Notes under the pieces: generated by a model
Told to the model about the DNA's origin: nothing
The model's input: only the letters and a program-made list of their open reading frames with translations
The model's database searches: none
Shown here: piece by piece, positions 14,801-31,700 of the stretch
Position numbering within the stretch: position 1 is the stretch's first letter
Layout: each line of letters starts with the position of its first letter
Source: the human T2T-CHM13v2.0 reference genome, Homo sapiens
NCBI GenBank assembly: GCA_009914755.4
Contig: CP068257.2
Span: 1,824,001-1,888,000 of the forward strand
Direction: 5' to 3'
DNA length: 64,000 nt
Position numbers and translations under genes: made by a program

Positions 14801-17800
14801 TATATATTAGGTACATAAAATATGAAAGTACATCAAATATAGATTATATACTGTACATAAAATTTCAATGTACCCCAAATATATATTTTATACTCTACAT
14901 GAAATATCAAAGTTCACAAACCATGTATTATATACTGTACATAAAATATCAAAGTACCCAAGGTATATATTCTATACTATACAAAAAATATCAAAGTACC
15001 CAAAGCATGTATTATATACTGTACCTAAAATATGAAAGTACATCAAATATATATTTTATTCTGTACATAAAATATGAAAGTACACCAGATATATATTCTA
15101 TAGTGTACATAAAATATCAAAGTACCCAAACTATACATTATATACTGTACATAAAATATGAAATTACATCAAATATATATTATATTAGGTACATAAAATA
15201 TGAAAGTACATCAAATATAGATTATACACTGTACATAAAATATCAAAGTACCCAAAATATATATTATATACTCTACATGAAATATCAAAGTTCACAAACT
15301 ATATATTATATACTGTACATAAAATAATGTCCCCAAGGTATATATTCTATACTGTAGAAAAAATATCAAAGTACCCAAAGCATGTATTATATACTGTATA
15401 TAAAATATGAAAGTACATCAAATATATATTTTATTCTGTACATAATATATCAAAGTACACCAGATATATATTCTATAGTGTACATAAAATAACAAAGTAC
15501 AAAAACTATAAATTATATACTGTACATAAAATATGAAATTACATCAAATATATATTAGGTACATAAAATATGAAAGTACATCAAATATAGATTATATACT
15601 GTACATAAAATTTCAATGTACCCCAAATATATATTTTATACTCTACATGAAATATCAAAGTTCACAAACCATATATTATATACTGTACATAAAATATCAA
15701 AGTACCCAAGGTATATATTCTATACTATACAAAAAATATCAAAGTACCCAAAGCATGTATTATATACTGTACCTAAAATATGAATGTACATCAAATATAT
15801 ATTTTATTCTGTACATAAAATATCAAAGTACACCAGATATATATTCTATAGTGTACACAAAATATCAAAGTACCCAAACTATGCATTATATACTGTACAT
15901 AAAATATGAAATTACATCAAATATATTTTATATTAGGTACATAAAATATGAAAGTACATCAAATATAGATTATATACTGTACATTAAATACCAAAGTACC
16001 CCAAATATATATTTTATACTGTACATGAAATATCAAAGTTCACAAACTATATATTATATACTGTACATATAATATCAAAGTACACAAGGTATATATTCTA
16101 TACTGTACAAAAAATAACAAAGTACCAAAAGCATGTATAATATACTGTACATAAAATATGAAAGTACATCAAATATATATTTTATTCTGTACATAAAATA
16201 TCAAAGTACACCAGATATATATTCTATAGTGTACATAAAATATCAAAGTACCCAAACTATACATTATATACTGTACATAAAATATGAAATTACATCAAAT
16301 ATATTTTATATTAGGTACATAAAATATGAAAGTACATCAAATATAGATTATATACTGTACATAATATATCAAAGTAACCCAAATATATATTATATACTCT
16401 ACATGAAATATCAAAGTTCACAAACAATATATTATATACTGTACATAAAATATCAAAGTACCCAAGGTATATATTCTATACTGCACAAAAAAATCAAAGT
16501 ACCCAAAGCATGTAGTATATACTGTATATAAAATATGAAAGTTCATCAAATATATATTTTATTCTCTACGTAATATATCAAAGTACACCAGATATATATT
16601 CTATAGTGTACATAAAATATCAAAGTACCCAAACTATACATTATATACTGTACATAAAATATGAAATTACATCAAATATATATTAGGTACATAAAATATG
16701 AAAGTACATCAAATATAGATTATATACTGTACATAAAATATCAATGTACCCCAAATATATATTTTATACTTTACATGAAATATCAAAGTTCACAAACCAT
16801 ATATTGTATACTGTACATAAAATATCAAAGTACCCAAGGTATATGTTCTACACTGTACAAAAAATATCAAAGTACCCAAAGCATGTATTATATACTGTAC
16901 ATAAAATATGAAAGTACATCAAATATATATTTTATTCTGTACATAAAATATCAAAGTACACCAGATATATATTCTATAGTGTACATAAAATATCAAAGTA
17001 CCCAAACTATACATTATATACTGTACATAAAATATGAGATTACATCAAATATATATTATATTAGGTACATAAAATATGAAAGTACATCAAATATAGATTA
17101 TATACTGTACATAAAATATCAAAGTACCCCAAATATATATTATATACTCTACATGAAATATCAAAGTTCACAAACTATATATTATATACTGTACATAAAA
17201 TATCAAAGTACCCAAGGTATATATTCTATAATGTACAAAAAATATCAAAGTACCCAAAGCGTGTATTATATACTGTATATAAAATATGAAATTACATCAA
17301 ATATATATTTTATTCTGTACATAAAATATCAAAGTACACCAGTTATATATTCTATAGTGTACATAAAATATCAAAGTACCCAAACTCTACATTATATACT
17401 GTACATAAAATATGAAATTACATCAAATATATATTATATTAGGTACATAAAATATGAAAGTACATCAAATATAGATTATATACTGTACATTAAATACCAA
17501 AGTACCCCAAATATATATTTTATACTGTACATGAAATATCAAAGTTCACAAACTATATATTATATACTGTACATAAAATATCAAAGTACCCAAGGTATAT
17601 ATTCTATACTGTACAAAAAATATCAAAGTACCCAAAGCATGTATTATATACTGTACCTAAAATATGAAAGTACATCAAATATATATTTTATTCTATACAT
17701 AAAATATCAAAGTACACCAGATATATATTCTATAGTGTACATAAAATATCAAAGTACCCAAACTATACATTATATACTGTACATAAAATATGAAATTACA

Positions 17801-19671
17801 TCAAATATATATTATATTAGGTACATAAAATATGAAAGTACATCAAATATAGATTATACACTGTACATAAAATATCAAAGTACCCCAAATATATATTATA
17901 TACTCTACATGAAATATCAAACTTCACAAACAATATATTATATACTGTACATAAAATAAAGTCCCCAAGGTATATATTCTATACTGTAGAAAAAATATCA
18001 AAGTACCCAAAGCATGTATTATATACTGTATATAAAATATGAAAGTACATCAAATATATATTTTATTCTGTACATAATATATCAAAGTACACCAGATATA
18101 TATTCTATAGTGTACATAAAATAACAAAGTACAAAAACTATAAATTATATACTGTACATAAAATATGAAATTACATCAAATATATATTAGGTACATAAAA
18201 TATGAAAGTACATCAAATATAGATTATATACTGTACATAAAATTTCAATGTACCCCAAATATATATTTTATACTCTACATGAAATATCAAAGTTCACAAA
18301 CCATATATTATATACTGTACATAAAATATCAAAGTACCCAAGGTATATATTCTATACTATACAAAAAATATCAAAGTACCCAAAGCATGTATTATATACT
18401 GTACCTAAAATATGAAAGTACATCAAATATATATTTTATTCTGTACATAAAATATCAAAGTACACCAGATATATATTCTATAGTGTACATAAAATATCAA
18501 AGTACCCAAACTATACATTATATACTGTACATAAAATATGAAATTACATCCAATATATTTTATATTAGGTACATAAAATATGAAAGTACATCAAATATAG
18601 ATTATATACTGTACATTAAATACCAAAGTACCCCAAATATATATTTTATACTGTACATGAAATATCAAAGTTCACAAACTATATATTATATACTGTACAT
18701 ATAATATCAAAGTACCCAAGGTATATATTCTATACTGTACAAAAAATAACAAAGTACCAAAAGCATGTATAATATACTGTACATAAAATATGAAAGTACA
18801 TCAAATATATATTTTATTCTGTACATAAAATATCAAAGTACACCAGATATATATTCTATACTGTACATAAAATATCAAAGTACCCAAACTATACATTATA
18901 TACTGTAAATAAAATATGAAATTACATCAAATATATTTTATATTAGGTACATAAAATATGAAAGTACATCAAATATAGATTATATACTGTACATTAAATA
19001 CCAAAGTACCCCAAATATATATTTTATACTGTACATGAAATATCAAAGTTCACAAACTATATATTATATACTGTACATAAATTATCAAAGTACCCAAGGT
19101 GTATATTCTATACTGTACAAAAAATATCAAAGTACCCAAAGCATGTATTATATACTGTACCTAAAATATGAAAGTACATCAAATATATATTTTATTCTGT
19201 ACATAAAATATCAAAGTACACCAGATATATATTCTATAGTGTACATAAAATATCAAAGTACCCAAAGTATACATTATATACTGTAAATAAAATATGAAAT
19301 TACATCAAATATGTTTTATATTAGGTACATAAAATATGAAAGTACATCAAATATAGATTATATAGTGTACATTAAATACCAAAGTACCCCAAATATATAT
19401 TTTATACTGTACATGAAATATCAAAGTTCACAAACTATATATTATATACTGTACATAAATTATCAAAGTACCCAAGGTATATATTCTATACTGTACAAAA
19501 AATATCAAAGTACCCAAAGCATGTATTATATACTGTACATAAAATATGAAAGTACATCAAATATATATTTTATTCTGTACATAATATATCAAAGTACACC
19601 AGATATATATTCTATAGTGTACATAAAATAACAAAGTACACAAACTATACATTATATACTGTACATAAAAT

Positions 19672-22600
19672 ATGAAATTACATCAAATATATATTAGGTA
19701 CATAAAATATGAAAGTACATCAAATATAGATTATATACTGTACATAAAATATCAATGTACCCCAAATATATATTTTATACTATACATGAAATATCAAATT
19801 TCACAAACCATATATTGTATACTGTACATAAAATATCAAAGTACCCAAGGTATATGTTCTATACTGTACAAAAAATATCAAAGTACCCAAAGCGTGTATT
19901 ATATACTGTACATAAAATATGAAAGTACATCAAATATATATTTTATTCTGTACATAAAATATCAAAGTACACCAGATATATATTCTATAGTGTACATAAA
20001 ATATCAAAGTACCCAAACTATACATTATATACTGTACATAAAATATGAAATTACATCAAATATATATTATATAAGGTACATAAAATATGAAACTGCATCA
20101 AACATAGATTATATACTGTACATTAAATACCAAAGAACCCCAAATATATATTATATACTCTACATGAAATATCAAAGTTCACAAACTATATATTATATAC
20201 TGTACATAAAATATCAAAGTACCCAAGGTATATATTCTATACTGTACAAAAAATATCAAAGTACCCAAAGCATGTATTATATACTGTATATAAAATATGA
20301 AAGTACATCAAATATATATTTTATTCTGTACATAAAATATCAAAGTACATCAGATATTTATTCTATAGTGTATATAAAATAACAAAGTACAAAAACTATA
20401 AATTATATACTGTACATAAAATATGAAATTACATCAAATATATATTAGGTACATAAAATATGAAAGTACGTCAAATATAGATTATATACTCTACATAAAA
20501 TATCAAAGTACCCCAAATATATATTATATACTCTACATGAAATATCAAAGTTCACAAACTATATATTATATACTGTACATAAAATATCAAAGTACCCAAG
20601 GTATATATTCTATAATGTACAAAAAATATCAAAGTACCCAAAGCGTGTATTATATACTGTACATAAAATATGAAAGTACATCAAATATATATTTTATTCT
20701 GTAGATAATATATCAAAGTACACCAGATATATATTCTATAGTGTACATAAAATATCAAAGTACCCAAACTATACATTATATACTGTACATAAAATATGAA
20801 ATTACATCAAATATCTATTATATTAGGTACATAAAATATGAAAGTACATCAAATATAGATTATATACTGTACATTAAATACCAAAGTACCCCAAATATAT
20901 ATTTTATACTGTACATGAAATATCAAAGTTCACAAACTATATATTATATACTGTACATATAATATCAAAGTACCCAAGGTATATATTCTATACTGTACAA
21001 AAAATATCAAAGTACCCAAAGCATGTATTATATACAGTACATAAAATATGAAAGTACATCAAATATATATTTTATTCTGTACATAAAATATCAAAGTACA
21101 CCAGATATATATTCTATAGTGTACATAAAATAACAAAGTACACAAACTATAAATTATATACTGTACATAAAATATGAAATTACATCAAATATATATTAGG
21201 TACATAAAATATGAAAGTACATCAAATATAGATTATATACTGTACATAAAATATCAATGTACCCCAAATATATAATTTATACTCTACATGAAATACCAAA
21301 GTTCACAAACCATATATTATATACTGTACATAAAATATCAAAGCACCCAAGGTATATATTCTATACTGTACAAAAAATATCAAAGTACCCAAAGCATGTA
21401 TTATATACTGTACATAAAATATGAAAGTACATCAAATATATATTTTATTCTGTACATAAAATATCAAAGTACACCAGATATATATTCTATAGTGTACATA
21501 AAATATCAAAGTACCCAAACTATACATTATATACTGTACATAAAATATGAAATTACATCAAATATATATTATATTAGGTACATAAAATATGAAAGTACAT
21601 CAAATATAGATTATATACAGTACATAAAATATCAAAGTACCCCAAATATATATTATATGCTCTACATGAAATATCAAAGTTCACAAACCATATATTGTAT
21701 ACTGTACATAAAATATCAAAGTACCCAAGGTATATATTCTATACTGTACAAAAAATATCAAAGTACACAAAGCGTGTATTATATACTGTACATAAAATAT
21801 GAAAGTACATCAAATATATATTTTATTCTGTACATAATATATCAAAGTACACCAGATATATATTCTATAGTGTACATAAAATATCAAAGTACCCAAACAA
21901 TACATTATATACTGTACATAAAATATGAAATTACATCAAATATATATTATATTAGGTACATAAAATATGAAAGTACATCAAATATAGATTATATACTGTA
22001 CATTAAATACCAAAGTACCCCAAATATATATTTTATACTGTACATGAAATATCAAAGTTCACAAACTATATATTATATACTGTACATAAAATATCAAAGT
22101 ACCCAAGGTATATATTCTATACTGTACAAAAAATATCAAAGTACCCAAAGCATGTATTATATACTGTACCTAAAATATGAAAGTACATCAAATATATATT
22201 TTATTCTGTACATAAAATATCAAAGTACACCAGATATATATTCTATAGTGTACATAAAATATCAAAGTACCCAAACTATACATTATATACTGTACATAAA
22301 ATATGAAATTACATCAAATATATATTATATTAGGTACATAAAATATGAAAGTACATCAAATATAGATTATACACTGTACATAAAATATCAAAGTACCCCA
22401 AATATATATTATATACTCTACATGAAATATCAAAGTTCACAAACTATATATTATATACTGTACATAAAATAAAGTCCCCAAGGTATATATTCTATACTGT
22501 AGAAAAAATATCAAAGTACCCAAAGCATGTATTATATACTGTATATAAAATATGAAAGTACATCAAATATATATTTTATTCTGTACATAATATATCAAAC

Positions 22601-25600
22601 TACACCAGATATATATTCTATAGTGTACATAAAATAACAAAGTACAAAAACTATAAATTATATACTGTACATAAAATATGAAATTACATCAAATATATAT
22701 TAGGTACATAAAATATGAAAGTACATCAAATATAGATTATATACTGTACATAAAAATTCAATGTACCCCAAATATATATTTTATACTCGACATGAAATAT
22801 CAAAGTTCACAAACCATATAATATATACTGTACATAAAATATCAAAGTACCCAAGGTATATATTCTATAATGTACAAAAAATATCAAAGTACCCAAACCA
22901 TGTATTATATACTGTACATAAAATATGAAATTACATCAACTATATATTTTATTCTGTACATAAAATATCAAAGTACACCAGATATATATTCTATAGTGTA
23001 CATAAAATATCAAAGTACCCAAACTATACATTATATACTGTACATAAAATATGAAATTACATCAAATATTTATTATATTAGGTACATAAAATATGAAAGT
23101 ACATCAAATATAGATTATATACTGTACATTAAATACCAAACTACCCCAAATATATATTTTATACTGTACATGAAATATCAAAGTTCACAAACTATATATT
23201 ATATACTGTACATAAAATATCAAAGTACCCAAGGTATATATTCTATACTGTATAAAAAATATCAAAGTACCCAAAGCATGTATTATATACTGTACCTAAA
23301 ATATGAAAGTACATCAAATATATATTTTATTCTGTACATAAAATATCAAAGTACACCTGATATATATTCTATAGTGTACATAAAATAACAAAGTACACAA
23401 ACTATACATTATATACTGTACATAAAATATGAAATTACATCAAATATATATTAGGTACATAAAATATGAAAGTACATCAAATATAGATTATATACTGTAC
23501 ATGAAATATCAATGTACCCCAAATATATATTTTATACTATACATGAAATATCAAAGTTCACAAACCATATATTGTATACTGTACATAAAATATCAAAGTA
23601 CCCAAGGTATATGTTCTATACTGTACAAAAAATATCAAAGTACCCAAAGCATGTATTATATACTGTACATAAAATATGAAAGTACATCAAATATATATTT
23701 TATTCCGTACATAAAATATGAAAGTACACCAGATATATATTCTATAGTGTACATAAAATATCAAAGTACACAAACTATACATTATATACTGTACATAAAA
23801 TATGAAATTACATCAAATATATATTATATAAGGTACATAAAATATGAAAGAACATCAAATATAGATTATATACTCTACATTAAATACCAAAGAAACCCAA
23901 ATATATATTATATACTCTACATGAAATATCAAAGTTCAAAAACTATATATTATATACTGTACATAAAATATCAAAGTACCCAAGGTATATATTCTATACT
24001 GTACAAAAAATATCAAAGTACCCAAAGCATGAATTATATACTGTATATAAAATATGAAAGTACATCAAATATATATTTTATTCTGTACATAAAATATCAA
24101 AGTACACCAGATATATATTCTATAGTGTACATAAAATAACAAAGTACAAAAACTATAAATTATATACTGTACATAAAATATGAAATTACATCAAATATAT
24201 ATTAGGTACATAAAATATGAAAGTACATCAAATATAGATTATATACTGTACATAAAATATCAATGTACCCCAAATATATATTTTATACTCGACATGAAAT
24301 ATCAAAGTTCACAAACCATATAATATATACTGTACACAAAATATCAAAGTACACAAGGTATATATTCTATAGTGTACAAAAAATATCAAAGTACCCAAAG
24401 CATGTATTATATACTGTACATAAAATATGAAAGTACATCAAATATATATTTTATTCTGTACATAAAATATCAAAGTACACCAGATATATATTCTATAGTG
24501 TACATAAAATATCAAAGTACCCAAACTATACATTATATACTGTACATAAAATATGAAATTACATCAAATATATATTATATTAGGTACATAAAATATGAAA
24601 GTACATCAAATATAGATTATATACTGTACATTAAATACCAAAGTACCCCAAATATATATTTTATACTGTACATGAAATATCAAAGTTCACAAACTATATA
24701 TTATATACTGTACATATAATATCAAAGTACCCAAGGTATATATTCTATACTGTACAAAAAATATCAAAGTACCCAAAGCATGTATTATATACAGTACATA
24801 AAATATGAAAGTACATCAAATATTTATTTTATTCTGTACATAAAATATCAAAGTACACCAGATATATATTCTATAGTGTACATAAAATAACAAAGTACAC
24901 AAACTATAAATTATATACTGTACATAAAATATGAAATTACATCAAATATATATTAGGTACATAAAATATGAAAGTACATTAAATATAGATTATATACTGT
25001 ACATAAAATATCAATGTACCCCAAATATATATTTTATACTCTACATGAAATACCAAAGTTCACAAACCATATATTATATACTGTACATAAAATATCAAAG
25101 TACCCAAGGTATATATTCTATACTGTACAAAAAATATCAAAGTACCCAAAGCATGTATTATATACTGTACATAAAATATGAAAGTACATCAAATATATAT
25201 TTTATTCTGTACATAATATATCAAAGTACACCAGATATATATTCTATAGTGTACATAAAATATCAAAGTACCCAAACTATACATTATATACTGTACATAA
25301 AATATGAAATTACATCAAATATATATTATATTAGGTACATAAAATATGAAAGTACATCAAATATAGATTATATACTGTACATAAAATATCAAAGTACCCC
25401 AAATATATATTATATACTCTACATGAAATATCAAAGTTCACAAACTATATATTATATACTGTACATAAAATATCAAAGTACCCAAGGTATATATTCTATA
25501 ATGTACAAAAAATATCAAAGTACCCAAAGCGTGTATTATATACTGTATATAAAATATGAAATTATATCAAATATATATTTTATTCTGTACATACAATATC

Positions 25601-28600
25601 AAAGTACACCAGATATATATTCTATAGTGTACATAAAATATCAAAGTACCCAAACTATACATTATATACTGTACATAAAATATGAAATTACATCAAATAT
25701 ATATTATATTAGGTACATAAAATATGAAAGTACATCAAATATAGATTATATACTGTACATTAAATACCAAAGTACCCCAAATATACATTTTATACTGTAC
25801 ATGAAATATCAAAGTTCACAAACTATATATTATATACTGTACATAAAATATCAAAGTACCTAAGGTATATATTCTATACTGTACAAAAAATATCAAAGTA
25901 CCCAAAGCACGTATTATATACTGTACCTAAAGTATGAAAGTACATCAAATATATATTTTATTCTGTACATAAAATATGAAAGTACACCAGATATATATTC
26001 TATAGTGTACATAAAATATCAAAGTACCCAAACTATACATTATATACTGTACATAAAATATGAAATTACATCAAATATATATTATATTAGGTACATAAAA
26101 TATGAAAGTACATCAAATATAGATTATACACTGTACATAAAATATCAAAGTACCCCAAATATATATTATATACTCTACATGAAATATCAAAGTTCACAAA
26201 CTATATATTATATACTGTACATAAAATAAAGTCCCCAAGGTACATATTCTATACTGTAGAAAAAATATCAAAGTACCCAAAGCATGTATTATATACTGTA
26301 TATAAAATATGAAAGTACATCAAATATATATTTTATTCTGTACATAATATATCAAAGTACACCAGATATATATTCTATAGTGCACATAAAATAACAAAGT
26401 ACAAAAACTATAAATTAATATACTGTACATAAAATATGAAATTACATCAAATATATATTAGGTACATAAAATATGAAAGTACATCAAATATAGATTATAT
26501 ACTGTAAATAAAATTTCAATGTACCCCAAATATATATTTTATACTCTACATGAAATATCAAAGTTCACAAACCATATATTATATACTGTACTTAAAATAT
26601 CAAAGTTCCCAAGGTATATATTCTATACTATACAAAAAATATCAAAGTACCCAAAGCATGTATTATATACTGTACCTAAAATATGAAAGTACATCAAATA
26701 TATATTTTATTCTGTACATAAAATATCAAAGTACACCAGATATATATTCTATAGTGTACATAAAATATCAAAGTACCCAAATTATACATTATATACTGTA
26801 CATAAAATATGAAATTACATCAAATATATTTTATATTAGGTACATGAAATATGAAAGTACATCAAATATAGATTATATACTGTACATTAAATACCAAAGT
26901 ACCCCAAGTATATATTTTATACTGTACATGTAATATCAAAGTTCACAAACTATATATTGTATACTGTACATATAATATCAAAGTACCCAAGGTATATATT
27001 CTATACTGTACAAAAAATAACAAAGTACCAAAAGCATGTATAATATACTGTACATAAAATATGAAAGTACATCAAATATATATTTTATTCTGTACATAAA
27101 ATATCAAAGTACACCAGATATATATTCTATAATGTACATAAAATATCAAAGTACCCAAACTATACATTATATACTGTAAATAAAATATGAAATTACATCA
27201 AATATATTTTATATTAGGTACATAAAATATGAAAGTACATCAAATAGAGATTATATACTGTACATTAAATACCAAAGTACCCCAAATATATATTTTATAC
27301 TGTACATGAAATATCAAAGTTCACAAACTATATATTATATACTGTACATAAATTATCAAAGTACCCAAGGTATATATTCTATACTGTACAAAAAATATCA
27401 AAGTACCCAAAGCATGTATTATAAACTGTACATAAAATATGAAAGTACATCAAATATATATTTTATTCTGTACATAATATATCAAAGTACACCAGATATA
27501 TATTCTATAGTGTACATAAAATAACAAAGTACACAAACTATACATTATATACTGTACATAAAATATGAAATTACATCAAATATATATTAGGTACATAAAA
27601 TATGAAAGTACATCAAATATAGATTATATACTGTACATAAAATATCAATGTACCCCAAATATATATTTTATACTATACATGAAATATCAAAGTTCACAAA
27701 CCATATATTGTATACTGTACATAAAATATCAAAGTACCCAAGGTATATGTTCTATACTGTACAAAAAATATCAAAGTACCCAAATCATGTATTATATACT
27801 GTACATAAAATATGAAAGTACATCAAATATATATTTTATTCCGTACATAAAATATGAAAGTACACCAGATATATATTCTATAGTGTACATAAAATATCAA
27901 AGTACACAAACTATACATTATATACTGTACATAAAATATGAAATTACATCAAATATATATTATATAAGGTACATAAAATATGAAAGAACATCAAATATAG
28001 ATTATATACTGTACATTAAATACCAAAGAAACCCAAATATATATTATATACTCTACATGAAATATCAAAGTTCAAAAACTATATATTATATACTGTACAT
28101 AAAATATCAAAGTACCCAAGGTATATATTCTATACTGTACAAAAAATATCAAAGTACCCAAAGCATGAATTTTATACTGTATATAAAATATGAAAGTACA
28201 TCAAATATATATTTTATTCTATACATAAAGTATCAAAGTACACCAGATATATATTCTATAGTGTACATAAAATAACAAAGTACAAAAACTATAAATTATA
28301 TACTGTACATAAAATATGAAATTACATCAAATATATATTAGGTACATAAAATATGAAAGTACATCAAATATAGATTATATACTGTACATAAAATATCAAT
28401 GTACCCCAAATATATATTTTATACTCGACATGAAATATCAAAGTTCACAAACCATATAATATATACTGTACATAAAATATCAAAGTACCCAAGGTATATA
28501 TTCTATAGTGTACAAAAAATATCAAAGTACCCAAAGCATGTATTATATACTGTACATAAAATATGAAAGTACATCAAATATATATTTTATTCTGTACATA

Positions 28601-31600
28601 AAATATCAAAGTACACCAGATATATATTCTATAGTGTACATAAAATATCAAAGTACCCAAACTATACATTATATACTGTACATAAAATATGAAATTACAT
28701 CAAATATATATTATATTAGGTACATAAAATATGAAAGTACATCAAATATAGATTATATACTGTACATTAAATACCAAAGTACCCCAAATATATATTTTAT
28801 ACTGTACATGAAATATCAAAGTTCACAAACTATATATTATATACTGTACATATAATATCAAAGTACCCAAGGTATATATTCTATACTGTACAAAAAATAT
28901 CAAAGTACCCAAAGCATGTATTATATACAGTACATAAAATATGAAAGTACATCAAATATTTATTTTATTCTGTACATAAAATATCAAAGTACACCAGATA
29001 TATATTCTATAGTGTACATAAAATAACAAAGTACACAAACTATAAATTATATACTGTACATAAAATATGAAATTACATCAAATATATATTAGGTACATAA
29101 AATATGAAAGTACATCAAATATAGATTATATACTGTACATAAAATATCAATGTACCCCAAATATATATTTTATACTCGACATGAAATACCAAAGTTCACA
29201 AACCATATAATATATACTGTACATTAAATATCAAAGTACGCAAGGTATATATTCTATACTGTACAAAAAATATCAAAGTACCCAAAGCATGTATTATATA
29301 CTGTACATAAAATATGAAAGTACATCAAATATATATTTTATTCTGTACATAAAATATCAAAGTACACCAGATATATATTCTATAGTGTACATAAAATATC
29401 AAAGTACCCAAACTATACATTATATACTGTACATAAAATATGAAATTACATCAAATATATATTATATTAGGTACATAAAATATGAAAGTACATCAAATAT
29501 AGATTATATACTGTACATTAAATACCAAAGTACCCCAAATATATATTTTATACTGTACATGAAATATCAAAGTTCACAAACTATATATTATATACTGTAC
29601 ATAAAATATCAAAGTACCCAAGGTATATATTCTATACTGTACAAAAAATATCAAAGTACCCAAAGCATGTATTATATACTGTATATAAAATATGAAATTA
29701 CATCAAATATATATTTTATTCTGTACATACAATATCAAAGTACACCAGATATATATTCTATAGTGTACATAAAATATCAAAGTACCCAAACTATACATTA
29801 TATACTGTACATAAAATATGAAATTACATCAAATATATATTATATTAGGTACATAAAATATGAAAGTACATCAAATATAGATTATATACTGTACATTAAA
29901 TACCAAAGTACCCCAAATATACATTTTATACTGTACATGAAATATCAAAGTTCACAAACTATATATTATATACTGTACATAAAATATCAAAGTACCTAAG
30001 GTATATATTCTATACTGTACAAAAAATATCAAAGTACCCAAAGCATGTATTATATACTGTACCTAAAATATGAAAGTATATCAAATATATATTTTATTCA
30101 GTACATAAAATATCAAAGTACACCAGATATATATTCTATAGTGTACATAAAATATCAAAGTACCCAAACTATACATTATATACTGTACATAAAATATGAA
30201 ATTACATCAAATATATATTATATTAGGTACATAAAATATGAAAGTACATCAAATATAGATTATACACTGTACATAAAATATGAAAGTACCCCAAATATAT
30301 ATTATATACTCTACATGAAATATCAAAGTTCACAAACTATATATTATATACTGTACATAAAATAAAGTCCCCAAGGTATATATTCTATACTGTAGAAAAA
30401 ATATCAAAGTACCCAAAGCATGTATTATATACTGTATATAAAATATGAAAGTACATCAAATATATATTTTATTCTGTACATAATATATCAAAGTACACCA
30501 GATATATATTCTATAGTGTACATAAAATAACAAAGTACAAAAACTATAAATTATATACTGTACATAAAATATGAAATTACATCAAATATATATTAGTTAC
30601 ATAAAATATGAAAGTACATCAAATATAGATTATATACTGTACATAAAATTTCAATGTACCCCAAATATATATTTTATACTCTACATGAAATATCAAAGTT
30701 CACAAACCATATATTATATACTGTACATAAAATATCAAAGTTCCCAAGGTATATATTCTATACTATACAAAAAATATCAAAGTACCCAAAGCATGTATTA
30801 TATACTGTACCTAAAATATGAAAGTACATCAAATATATATTTTATTCTGTCCATAAAATATCAAAGTACACCAGATATATATTCTATAGTTTACATAAAA
30901 TATCAAAGTACCCAAACTATACATTATATACTGTACATAAAATATGAAATTACATCAAATATATTTTATATTAGGTACATGAAATATGAAAGTACATCAA
31001 ATATAGATTATATACTGTACATTAAATACCAAAGTACCCCAAATATATATTTTATACTGTACATGTAATATCAAAGTTCACAAACTATATATTATATACT
31101 GTACATATAATATCAAAGTACCCAAGGTATATATTCTATACTGTACAAAAAATAACAAAGTACCAAAAGCATGTATAATATACTGTACATAAAATATGAA
31201 AGTACATCAAATATATATTTTATTCTGTACATAAAATATCAAAGTACACCAGATATATATTCTATAATGTACATAAAATATCGAAGTACCCAAACTATAT
31301 ATTATATACTGTAAATAAAATATGAAATTACATCAAATATATTTTATATTAGGTACATAAAATATGAAAGTACATCAAATATAGATTATATACTGTACAT
31401 TAAATACCAAAGTACCCCAAATATATATTTTATACTGTACATGAAATATCAAAGTTCACAAACTATATATTATATACTGTACATAAATTATCAAAGTACC
31501 CAAGGTATATATTCTATACTGTACAAAAAATATCAAAGTACCCAAAGCATGTATTATATACTGTACATAAAATATGAAAGTACATCAAATATATATTTTA

Positions 31601-31700
31601 TTCCGTACATAAAATATGAAAGTACACCAGATATATATTCTATAGTGTACATAAAATATCAAAGTACACAAACTATACATTATATACTGTACATAAAATA
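19672..31700. repeat. Three tandem copies of a roughly 3.8-4.1-kb super-unit, approximately 19672-23428, 23429-27564 and 27565-31700. The last two are nearly identical.
   Basis: Exact offsets of 4136 between ORF pairs 23429/27565 and 24372/28508, and between ORF ends 25863/29999, 26229/30365, 26933/31069 and 27306/31441, with near-identical 236-aa translations including shared idiosyncrasies (CILYIKYQSTQGICSILY, QRNPNIYYILY, SSKTIYY). The 19672 ORF is a closely related copy at offset 3757. Confidence 0.8.

Noticed and set aside
14785-15327. Recurring identical N-terminus MKLHQIYIRYIKYESTSNIDY... at many positions, which looks like a multigene family
   Set aside because: It arises wherever the 37-bp deletion monomer (ATGAAATTACATCAAATATATATTAGGTACAT) shifts an in-repeat ATG into the stop-free frame. 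It is a property of the satellite variant, not a conserved gene start.
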